NCBI GenBank assembly: GCA_965369655.1
Contig: CBDUQR010000010.1
Span: 8,757-72,756, forward strand
Source: an uncultured bacterium
GTDB lineage: Bacteria > Zixibacteria > MSB-5A5 > JAABVY01 > JAHJOQ01
Direction: 5' to 3'
DNA: 64,000 bases
Shown: positions 56,401 through 64,000 of the stretch, piece by piece
Layout: the number at the start of each line of letters is the position of its first letter
Position numbering within the stretch: the stretch's first letter is position 1
The notes under the pieces: model-generated
Seen by the model: only the letters and a program-made list of their open reading frames with translations
The model's database searches: none
What the model was told of the DNA's origin: nothing
Made by a program: the position numbers and the translations under genes

Positions 56401-56524
56401 TCCGCCTGTGCAGGATAATTGCTGCGGCGACGCAAATGGTTCTGGTGGCGTCGACATCGATGACGTAGTCTATCTGATTAACTACATCTTTGGTGGAGGG
56501 CCCCCACCCATTGACATCTGTTAA
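53459..56524 (+). CDS. Large secreted protein: BNR/Asp-box propeller region, Ig-like domain and C-terminal duplicated dockerin-like domain
   Basis: Signal peptide; SFDYGKSW and STNGGVTW Asp-boxes; two copies of GDANGSGGVDIDDVVYLINYIFGGGPPP. Confidence 0.85.
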   Translation: MPRKTLILFVLSAFILTVMVSSALAGVKSEKQRVSKLITGFEESNGEFVHSAYYGPSASPGRTMGTTYYDYQHNGSMGRQVSYMPGTQWLHFVWMKGHSPTSDTARKIAYNALNLQVNAWAHNFGAEGGKIFPEGLPGEDIGGYTGCDVRSDGGVVIAYHGGPDETNYGSRAGYDTYIPNAYIVFGAAPLPPNCENVITGKYEIDSKYIWPIVDWSDSSGTSIIHMIAMESQQVVENIQSMIYYRQEANGSWGTCGNFIDSIYSLTPVVRVDPTDHSHMAIVYGKPIYYDGDPNDPCGWTQWQNDVVYVESFDYGKSWSGIINVTDYSEGGTVDISTLVNGLCYTDLSAMFDTGGKLHIVWNTAMRNVAGGEGCDPDPATSRIWHWDDGLGACITIVYDAATPSRDLDPGAFNLSASKPNISECDDKFYVSFTRFGALADGDYNLDNSEGGQANGEIFLTGSTNGGVTWGEAINLTNSPTPDCLSGECDSDHWSSMAMYSSDSVHIQYINDTDAGGSVQGEGAVTESPVKYLSHPCFIPEGYCKVGHTPTSIGYPMHIAPDDLSTGCTASTDTTFIIMLTNTGNEDTDYAISESSDPDNIITEISTSSGPLPAGCGNTVEIEITLGPVADSGVYYADITIATCTGRDIVTIPVQLYVQCKFFVPEKKILETNCWAVAVWNVPRAGLAQRGDEGNMWWESVDEYFMYDNGLILTYADDHSNTTFSVFDGSNSDREFRALSLCSTYTAATYQYAYGVFTTQDTAITGEVEFYIPTNSDTCVLIERIKVTNKSDAQITIHIGEGIDWDIPASDQNHGNIDESRNMVYQYGVDPDYASYHGGASIWHDIPGAAIMQNDIWVYPNSGYDPEEIGDFLATHTGFVNWENADPDSAEDLNCAYVIARNVVLDVDSSYFFCKVKASSITGLTDLQDQIDMGMAWIERHEIECQCGSSGPDCVAGDANGSGGVDIDDVVYLINYIFGGGPPPVQDNCCGDANGSGGVDIDDVVYLINYIFGGGPPPIDIC

Positions 56525-56556
56525 TTGATTTCGAATCAGGAAACAGATAAAAACCA

Positions 56557-56590
56557 AAAAGGAGCGGCCCTAACAGGCCGCTCCTTTTTT
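56557..56590 (+). terminator. Intrinsic terminator (possibly bidirectional)
   Basis: AAAAGGAGCGGCC-CTAACA-GGCCGCTCCTTTTTT. Confidence 0.85.
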
Positions 56591-57243
56591 CTTATTGCTA
56601 TGGATTACCTCAGGGTGAATATCCTGATCCGATTCCAACCGGGCAATCTGGGCCCGGCAGGAACTGCATCAGCCGGCTATTTGCTCGGAGTTCCTGGAAC
56701 AGGAATGAAGAGTCTCATCTCGCAGGCGCCAAATTCCCGGGCTGGCTAAAGGAATCCCCCTTTTCCATACAACTGACGCGAGTTTATGGCTCGCCAAAGC
56801 TCATATCCATTGCCCAGACAGTCAGGCAAAAAAAGTAAATTTTTCGTTTGACAAATGTAAAAACAGTTATATATTACCATTGCTTCATTCCTCTTTTATC
56901 TTACCAATGCCCAATCCCCAGGGCGAATAGGACTGGATCTGGGGCCGGCTCGACCGGCCCCATTCTAATTGTAGTCAGGGCGGACAGCCTCTCTTTGCGC
57001 CGTTCTACCTCTGAGGAAAATCACAAATATATCCTTCAATCAAACAGCAGGCGCAAGTCCTGAAACGCCAATTACTTCACTCTGCCTGGAAAGCGAGACA
57101 AGAAAGAGAATCATCCAAGCGAGTCATCGCGTGCTGCATTGAGTAACAATATATTACTCTAACAAATAATAAATAGAATCGCTTATTGAAGTCAAGAGTG
57201 ACAAATAGGGCAAGATTTGCCATGAAATAGGTATGGGAAATAC

Positions 57244-59160
57244 TCACTCACGGCTCAACCCCTTAATACTCAGAGACTTGAGGTAGGTCACCAGGTTGGT
57301 CTTCGTCACGCTCAATCCGAGTTTGCTGCGAATGTGTTGTCGAAACTTGTGGACAGTGAGGACCGAGATATTCAGTGCCGCAGCAATCTGACCCGACTTC
57401 ATACCTGCCCTTATCATTTCGCATACCTGTATCTCTCTCCGAGTCAATTGAGAGAATCTGGATTCGAGAGTTCTCACATATGGTGACGTCAGATCACTCA
57501 GTACCGATCGGAGCATCGCGAGATATACTTCAACCGGTTCGCCGAGCTTCTTACTCATTTCCTCCAGCATAGGGTAGACCATTCTCGTCATGTTTGCATA
57601 AATCTCCCGACCCGTCTCTCTGCGCTCCTCCTCAATATGCCCCAGAACCTCACGCAGCGCAATGTTCGTTTCCAAGAGCTGTTTCTGCTCTTTCTGAAGT
57701 TCTGTATATGCCTGCTGCAGTTCTTGCTCGAATCTTTTCCTTTCAGTAACATCAACCACTATTCCTCGTATGCCTAACGGCGATCCATCTCGTTCTATGG
57801 AACTCGAGTAGATTATGACGGGAACCTTGCTTCCGTCTTTCCGCACAAGATCGTATTCTTGTTCGACGTCAGCTTCATGCTCCATGAGTTCACGGATTCT
57901 TGTCCTGATCCTGTTGTGATCTTCAGGGTCGAAAAGATCGAGCACATTCACACCTTCGTCGAGATCATCACGGCTGTAACCGGTGAGCTTATATGCCTGC
58001 CGGTTCGCAAACGTGAAACGACCGTCACGATCAGTTTCGTACACGGTCAATGGCAACATGTCCGCCAGTTCGCGAAATCTCTCCTCGCTCTCCTTCAGCA
58101 TCTGTTCAGCCTTCTTGCGCGCCGTCATATCTCTGCCGATGATCATGACAGATTCTTCGTCGCGATCACTTTCGACTGGCACGACTCTCGATTCCCACCA
58201 CGTGGATTTAGCTCCATCAGGACCATAAGCTTGAATCTCGTAGGCTCCCGGTTCCCCGCTCCTGAAGACTCGATCCAGTGTTTTTCTTACGAGATCGTGA
58301 TGCTCCGCGAGGACATAATCGAGTACATTCATCCCGATATATTCCTCAACGCTGTGATCGCTCACTGTACGGTTGAGTGACAGGATGGTACCGTCGGGAG
58401 CAACCGTGGCTATGACATCCGGGATATTCATTACCAGAGAACGCCACTTTTCTTCCCTGTCCTTCAGCGCTCCCTTCGCTTCTACGAGCTTGGTCATGTC
58501 TCTTGCAATTCCGAGAACCGCAACGATATCTCCTGATCTGACTCTGATCGGCGCCAGACTGGTACTGTATGACAATTCGCGACCCTCAAGCTTGGTCACG
58601 GTTTCAGTTGTTTTCAATTTACCTGTATCGAACACCTCCCGGATGTCTTTCATCTGGTAATCGGCGATGACGTCAGGAAATATATCCCACATCGTCTTGC
58701 CAACAAGATCGTCAACATCCCCCCCCAGTCGCTTTGCCGCAACCCTGTTCATAAACAAGAAAGTCCCATCGCGGTCGACCATGAAGATCGCTTCCCCAGC
58801 ACTTTCCGTAAGAGTCCGGTACTGCTCTTCACTATCGATGAGTGCGATCTGGATCTGCTTTGAATCGTCCATATCGCCTGGTTCTGAAATCACACGTTCT
58901 ACAACCTGTATTTCTACCAGAGAGAAAGCCTGGCCATCGTCATCGCTGGACGCAATAGTCCTGAAACCGAGCTTTCTGCCTGTCTCGTCCATCAGCCGGA
59001 GTTCGGAAGGACTTTTTTCCAGTAGTTCATTTCTGGAGCATCCGATCAAACTCTCAGCAGCGGGATTGCAATCGACTATCACGCTATCTGTGTCAATGAC
59101 GAGCAAGGCTCTGTAGCTCGACTCAAACAGACGCTTGAAATCAATGGCAGGGTCTGGCAT
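57244..59160 (-). CDS. Multi-PAS domain LuxR-family transcriptional regulator
   Basis: Four PAS/PAC-like repeats (RDMT, VDVTERK), coiled coil, C-terminal LTRREIQVC..IAAALNISVLTVHKFR..IRSKLG. Confidence 0.9.
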   Translation of the reverse strand: MPDPAIDFKRLFESSYRALLVIDTDSVIVDCNPAAESLIGCSRNELLEKSPSELRLMDETGRKLGFRTIASSDDDGQAFSLVEIQVVERVISEPGDMDDSKQIQIALIDSEEQYRTLTESAGEAIFMVDRDGTFLFMNRVAAKRLGGDVDDLVGKTMWDIFPDVIADYQMKDIREVFDTGKLKTTETVTKLEGRELSYSTSLAPIRVRSGDIVAVLGIARDMTKLVEAKGALKDREEKWRSLVMNIPDVIATVAPDGTILSLNRTVSDHSVEEYIGMNVLDYVLAEHHDLVRKTLDRVFRSGEPGAYEIQAYGPDGAKSTWWESRVVPVESDRDEESVMIIGRDMTARKKAEQMLKESEERFRELADMLPLTVYETDRDGRFTFANRQAYKLTGYSRDDLDEGVNVLDLFDPEDHNRIRTRIRELMEHEADVEQEYDLVRKDGSKVPVIIYSSSIERDGSPLGIRGIVVDVTERKRFEQELQQAYTELQKEQKQLLETNIALREVLGHIEEERRETGREIYANMTRMVYPMLEEMSKKLGEPVEVYLAMLRSVLSDLTSPYVRTLESRFSQLTRREIQVCEMIRAGMKSGQIAAALNISVLTVHKFRQHIRSKLGLSVTKTNLVTYLKSLSIKGLSRE

Positions 59161-59221
59161 ACGATGGGTAACCTCCCGATTCCAATTACATCAGTGACAG
59201 CATGCAGCTACTGACAGGTTT

Positions 59222-60016
59222 TCAGGCAGAATCTCGTCGCTTGACAAGATTCTGCTCGATGGATGCGTATGCATTATGGCTATGGATCGACTCCAGGTTT
59301 TCAGCCTCTACCGAAAACCAATCGATCCGATTGTCACTCGAAATCTTGAATGCGACATTCCGCACAATGTCTTCAACGAATGTAGGGTTGTCGTATGCAT
59401 GCTCTGTTATGAACTTCTCGTCCTCTCGCTTGAGGAGAGTATAGATGTCGAACGAAGCGGACTCCTCCACTATGCCGATCAACTCCTCGAGCCAGACGAA
59501 TTCATTCGTCAGAGCCGACAGTGTAACGATGGATCGCTGATTGTGCGCCCCCCGATCCGCCATCTCTTTGGAGCATGGACAGACCGATGTCAATGGCACA
59601 CGCACGATGAGAGTCGGCAACAGCTTCAGGTCGGTTCCAAGCGAAGCTGCGATCGTACATCTGTAGTGCATTAATCCTTTAGAGCCAGTGACCGGTGCAG
59701 CTTTCATAATGAAGTAGGGAAATGTCATTTCGAGGTGCGCGGTGTCCGCTGACAGTTGTTTTCTTGTGTAACTCAGAATCTCATCGATCTTCCTTGGGTC
59801 GATCTCAGAATGATACCTGTTAAGTATCTCGACAAAGCGGGACATGCGTGTGCCTTTGAACTTCCGGGGAAGATCCACATAGAAGTTGATCTCCGCCGTT
59901 GTCTGCTGAGTCTCGTTCCGCATATCGCGCAGCACGATCGGATAGATGAGATTCTTGATACCGACTCTGTCGATATCGATATTTCTATGGTCGGGTGTCT
60001 CTCGTATGTCAATCAT
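59222..60016 (-). CDS. folE2: GTP cyclohydrolase IB
   Basis: IDRVGI, MSRF, CPCSK, AHNQRS, KREDE, FVED, ESIHSHNAYA; ATG 60016. Confidence 0.92.
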   Translation of the reverse strand: MIDIRETPDHRNIDIDRVGIKNLIYPIVLRDMRNETQQTTAEINFYVDLPRKFKGTRMSRFVEILNRYHSEIDPRKIDEILSYTRKQLSADTAHLEMTFPYFIMKAAPVTGSKGLMHYRCTIAASLGTDLKLLPTLIVRVPLTSVCPCSKEMADRGAHNQRSIVTLSALTNEFVWLEELIGIVEESASFDIYTLLKREDEKFITEHAYDNPTFVEDIVRNVAFKISSDNRIDWFSVEAENLESIHSHNAYASIEQNLVKRRDSA

Positions 60017-60174
60017 TTCGTCATGCGCCTGTTCAAGGAAACAGTAACTATGCACACATATTAGCATGTCTGTGCATGAAATGCAACAGTTCCGAGGTTT
60101 TTTTGGTGTTGACTATCCTGCAAATAGAGGTAGAATGGATGACATTCGATAAAGAGCACCAAGGAGATACAACC

Positions 60175-63100
60175 ATGAAGACCATATTGACCCTGCTGCT
60201 AACTATTGTTCTGGCGTCACAGATGTCATACGCAGACACAGAAAATGAAATCCTCTATCCGCGACACCCGGCACTTTCGCCTGACGGGAGCACGATTGCT
60301 TTCTGTTACATGGGAGATATCTGGCTCGTGCCATCGCAGGGCGGCGTAGCAACGAGATTGACATTCCATGAAGCCGATGATATTCGTCCACAGTTCTCGC
60401 CCGATGGCGGCACGATTCTCTTTTCGTCCCGGAGATTCAACAACTACGACGTTTTCACGATACCTGCCACGGGTGGTGAGGCAAGACAGTTGACGGTTCA
60501 TTCCGCCTCTGACATCGGGACAGGCTGGTTCCCGGATGGTGACAGCGTGCTCTTTTCATCAAAGCGCGATGGCTGGAGGGATGTATTCAAAGTCTCAATC
60601 GACGGCGGTACACCCATCAGGCTGACAGGTTATAGATACGAGCAGGAGTACTGTGCTCGGATGACTCCCGACCGAAAGCATCTTCTCTACAACACCGGCT
60701 CCGGCATGTCGCGATGGTGGAGGCGCGATCTGAAATCTTCCCGCAATGCCGACATCTTCCTGCTCGACAGGTCTAAAGATGAGTTCACGTCGATACGGCT
60801 CACCGATTATGAAAACCACGATGTCTGGCCGATCCTGAATACCGTCACTGATGAAATGTACTTTGTCTCGTGCAGGAGTGAATACGGCCAGATATTCAAG
60901 ATCCCGATGACCGGCGGCCAACCTGTCCGTATCACAGACTTTAATGATGATGGCGTCCAATGGCTGAACTCGAATCCGCAGGGAACGCTACTCGTTTTCG
61001 AGCGAGACCTCGGTATTTGGCTACTTGATCCCGATCGAGGTCCTGCTGAACGAGTGCATATCAAGATTAAATCGGATGAACGCGAGAATCTCATCGAGAT
61101 GAAATCGTTCGATAACAAGGTCGAATGGTTCTCGGTCTCCCCCGACGAGAAGAAAATCGCTACGATTGTTCATGGCGAGATATTCATCATTCCCGCCGGT
61201 GACCCGAAGATCGGCAGGAGAATCACTCACACCGCTGCAAGGGAGAGATTTGTCGTCTGGGGAGAGGACTCGAAGACTATCTACTATGCGTCCGATCGCA
61301 ATGGCAACTACGATATATTCTCAGCCGATGTGACGACGGGAGTCGAGAAGCTGATATCGGGCGCCATTGAGGATGAAACCAAGCCGATCGTATCACCGGA
61401 CGGGAAATACCTTGCGTTCTATCGCGGACTCGATAAGATCATTCGCTATGACATCGAAAAGGATAGCGACACTGTCTGGGTTGACGGCAGGTTCATCGAC
61501 CTCGGAGTCGAACCGACGATTGAGTATCACTGGTCACCCGATTCCAGATGGCTCGCGTTCACGGCTGCCGGTCCGACATACGAATCCGACATATATATCT
61601 GCGATCTCGACGGCAATACGCACAATATCTCGAAATTCTCTGGATATAATTTCCGCCCCAGGTTCTCAGACGATGGTGATAATGTCTGCTTCACATCTTC
61701 CGTTGCCGACAGGCTCGAAACCTACAAGATCGATCTCGTCAGGCAGCCGGTGGAATTCATCGAGTCGTCGCTCGACAGCCTTTTCCTGAGTCTCGACGAC
61801 GAAGAAGATGAAGACAAGGGAGAAAGCGATGAAGAATCGGATTCGGTAATCATCGATTTCAACGGCATAGATCAGCGTCGTTCCAAAGCATACAACCTCT
61901 CGGCGGCGAGCTACAACCCTGTCCTGACTTCGGACGGCGAGCGATATGTGTTCGTGTCATCGCTGCTGGGCAAACCGGAAATATGGACCGTCAACAGCGA
62001 TGGAGAACCAAAGCTCAAACAACTCACTCACTCCGGCGGTAGTAAATCATATCTGACTGTAAGTTCAGACTCCGACACGATCTTTTTCCTCGAAAACGGC
62101 ACGATCAGGAAAATCTCTGTCGACGGCGGAGAGATGACCACTCTCTCGTTTAAGGCCGACATGGAAATCGATCTCATCGCGAACAACCGGCAGAAGTTCG
62201 ACGAAAGCTGGTCGATGCTCAACACGTATTTCTACGATTCGACATTCCACGGCACCGACTGGCTCGAAGCTAAGTTGAAATATGAGCCTGCGATGAGCCA
62301 CGTCAGAACGATCCGCGATTTTAGCGACATCATGATGGAGATGATGGGCGAGCTCAGAGCATCCCACCTCGCTGTCTACCTGAATCCGCCATCGCCTGAC
62401 AAACAAATTGAGACGGCATACATCGGCGTGGTGTTCGACTACGGTGAAATCGATCGCACCGGACATTTCCGCATCGAGCATGTCATACCGGAATCTCCGG
62501 CAGACATAGCCGGCATTCAAACAGGCGAATACATTATCAGCATGGCCGATGAGAAATTGACGCGCGATGCCAATTTCAACAAACTGCTCGCCGGCACTAA
62601 GGACAAGAGGCTCGCAATTGTCGTGGCCGACAAGCCGGGCGGCACCGAGAAAAAACTCTATGTCAAGCCGATCTCAGCGGGTGCGCAGGCTGATCTTGTA
62701 TATGCGGACTGGGTAGAAGCCCGACGCAATGCTGTCGACAGCCTCTCAGGCGGCCGTCTCGCGTATCTCCACATACGCGCGATGTCAAGAAGCAAGCTCG
62801 ATGTATTCAGGCAGGAACTGGTCTCCATCGCCGAATACAAAGACGGACTGATAATCGACGTGCGAAACAACTTCGGGGGCAATATCGCCGTGCATCTGCT
62901 CGGCATACTCGTCAAGACGCCGTACGTGCTGCGGGATTTTCGCGGTTTCCCGGCTACATCCGAGAACAAGATGCGATCCAAAGCTTATGAGAAACCGATG
63001 GCACTGCTTATCAATAACTATTCGGCCTCCAACTCGGAGATATTCGCGGAAGGATTCAGGAAGCTCGGACTCGGTAAAATAATCGGCGAACCGACAGCAG

Positions 63101-63315
63101 GCGCAGTGATCGGGACATCGTCGTATCAACTGATCGATGGAACCGGCATACGACGACCATCATGGGGCGCATACTCTGCCGAAATGGAGGACACCGAGAT
63201 ACATCCTCGCAAGCCGGATATTTTCGTCGAGAACTTGCCTGACGATTTCATGAACGGGAGAGATCCTCAACTCGTCCGGGCCGTCGATGAATTGCTGAAG
63301 GAACTCGGTGATTGA
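60175..63315 (+). CDS. Tricorn-like S41 peptidase (PD40 propellers, PDZ, catalytic domain)
   Basis: AAGGAG then ATG 60175 signal peptide; SPDG repeats; GELRASH, YLHIRAM, IDVRNNFGG, SASNSE, GEPTAG. Confidence 0.92.
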   Translation: MKTILTLLLTIVLASQMSYADTENEILYPRHPALSPDGSTIAFCYMGDIWLVPSQGGVATRLTFHEADDIRPQFSPDGGTILFSSRRFNNYDVFTIPATGGEARQLTVHSASDIGTGWFPDGDSVLFSSKRDGWRDVFKVSIDGGTPIRLTGYRYEQEYCARMTPDRKHLLYNTGSGMSRWWRRDLKSSRNADIFLLDRSKDEFTSIRLTDYENHDVWPILNTVTDEMYFVSCRSEYGQIFKIPMTGGQPVRITDFNDDGVQWLNSNPQGTLLVFERDLGIWLLDPDRGPAERVHIKIKSDERENLIEMKSFDNKVEWFSVSPDEKKIATIVHGEIFIIPAGDPKIGRRITHTAARERFVVWGEDSKTIYYASDRNGNYDIFSADVTTGVEKLISGAIEDETKPIVSPDGKYLAFYRGLDKIIRYDIEKDSDTVWVDGRFIDLGVEPTIEYHWSPDSRWLAFTAAGPTYESDIYICDLDGNTHNISKFSGYNFRPRFSDDGDNVCFTSSVADRLETYKIDLVRQPVEFIESSLDSLFLSLDDEEDEDKGESDEESDSVIIDFNGIDQRRSKAYNLSAASYNPVLTSDGERYVFVSSLLGKPEIWTVNSDGEPKLKQLTHSGGSKSYLTVSSDSDTIFFLENGTIRKISVDGGEMTTLSFKADMEIDLIANNRQKFDESWSMLNTYFYDSTFHGTDWLEAKLKYEPAMSHVRTIRDFSDIMMEMMGELRASHLAVYLNPPSPDKQIETAYIGVVFDYGEIDRTGHFRIEHVIPESPADIAGIQTGEYIISMADEKLTRDANFNKLLAGTKDKRLAIVVADKPGGTEKKLYVKPISAGAQADLVYADWVEARRNAVDSLSGGRLAYLHIRAMSRSKLDVFRQELVSIAEYKDGLIIDVRNNFGGNIAVHLLGILVKTPYVLRDFRGFPATSENKMRSKAYEKPMALLINNYSASNSEIFAEGFRKLGLGKIIGEPTAGAVIGTSSYQLIDGTGIRRPSWGAYSAEMEDTEIHPRKPDIFVENLPDDFMNGRDPQLVRAVDELLKELGD

Positions 63316-63340
63316 TCCGACGATGATTGATCGGATACAT

Positions 63341-64000
63341 TTACCACATCATCATGGGTACAATCATACCGTCGCGGCTGTGAACAGGTGAAGCAATCTC
63401 AGCGGAACAGATTTGATGTAGCTGACTATTCCCGTTTTTTCGGCGAGTACGCTCGGACATCCCGGCGACAATCTTCTCGCATCCGCGTGCAATCCTGCCG
63501 ATTGGAGAATCGAGAGTCTCATGCTCGCATGGTAATACCATACAGCACAGGGCAGATGCGCCTATCCCGAACACTTGCGGCAGCGGGCAGGCATAGAAGA
63601 GTATCCGGCCTCTGTCGATCAGGTCATCCTTGACGCTGATCGACCGCCTTGCAACCTCCACGATTCGCCTCCGCACAAACGAACTCGATTCGTGTACAGA
63701 GACAGAGACCTTGTGCAGACAACTGTACTGATCCTCGTACAGCCACCACCCGTCTGTCACGGCCATCAATCCTGCATCATCGAGTCGATGGCGAAGTTCG
63801 GCTACCATATCCGGCAAACCGAGGGCGGTTCTGTCGATCAGGCTGTCGGGATTCGCAGATTGGCTCATATTGTGACAGTCGGCAGATTGCGAGCGACCTG
63901 TATCATGCTTGTGACTCTTTCGGTACACTGGACCGAGTATTCCGGAATCGACATAGGTAGGCTCTCGCAAGCTTTCCCTGTCACACCACCGGGCGTACGG
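63341..64000 (-). CDS. Hypothetical protein, possibly 5'-truncated by the window edge
   Basis: Frame is open from the window edge to the stop at 63341; no motif recognised. Confidence 0.35.
   Translation of the reverse strand, partial: PYARWCDRESLREPTYVDSGILGPVYRKSHKHDTGRSQSADCHNMSQSANPDSLIDRTALGLPDMVAELRHRLDDAGLMAVTDGWWLYEDQYSCLHKVSVSVHESSSFVRRRIVEVARRSISVKDDLIDRGRILFYACPLPQVFGIGASALCCMVLPCEHETLDSPIGRIARGCEKIVAGMSERTRRKNGNSQLHQICSAEIASPVHSRDGMIVPMMMW

Overview
This is a bacterial chromosomal window of mostly housekeeping genes. It is probably from an anaerobic FCB-related lineage such as candidate Zixibacteria, inferred from the dockerin-tailed and T9SS-type-CTD secreted proteins. From left to right it contains: a lipoprotein / citryl-CoA-lyase-like / FN3-lipoprotein operon; a Vor/Kor-type 2-oxoacid:ferredoxin oxidoreductase operon with a Rex-type box, joined to a HydABC/Bfu-like flavin-FeS module that has no hydrogenase subunit; a pilin; tRNA-Leu(CAG); an EamA transporter; a Janus/PHPT1-like protein; a low-GC RloA/RloB-type ATPase-TOPRIM pair; mazG, valS and rpmB; a dcw cluster (mraZ to ftsZ); a C25 gingipain-like protease converging on an lnt / PorZ-like / GNAT / glycosyltransferase operon; purM; TauE; an HDOD gene bracketed by 81-88 bp direct repeats; an outer-membrane beta-barrel; a large dockerin-tailed protein; a PAS-LuxR regulator; folE2; and a tricorn-like protease. 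Intergenic regions carry at least three families of REP-like palindromes (GTAG-, GTGG- and GTCAT-type). The most unusual observations are a stack of these repeats lying in-frame in the first ~130 codons of a translationally coupled gene, a repeat-bracketed single-gene cassette, a bacterial PHPT1-like protein, and a probable ATT start codon for murE. All calls come from reading motifs by eye; no database searches were run.
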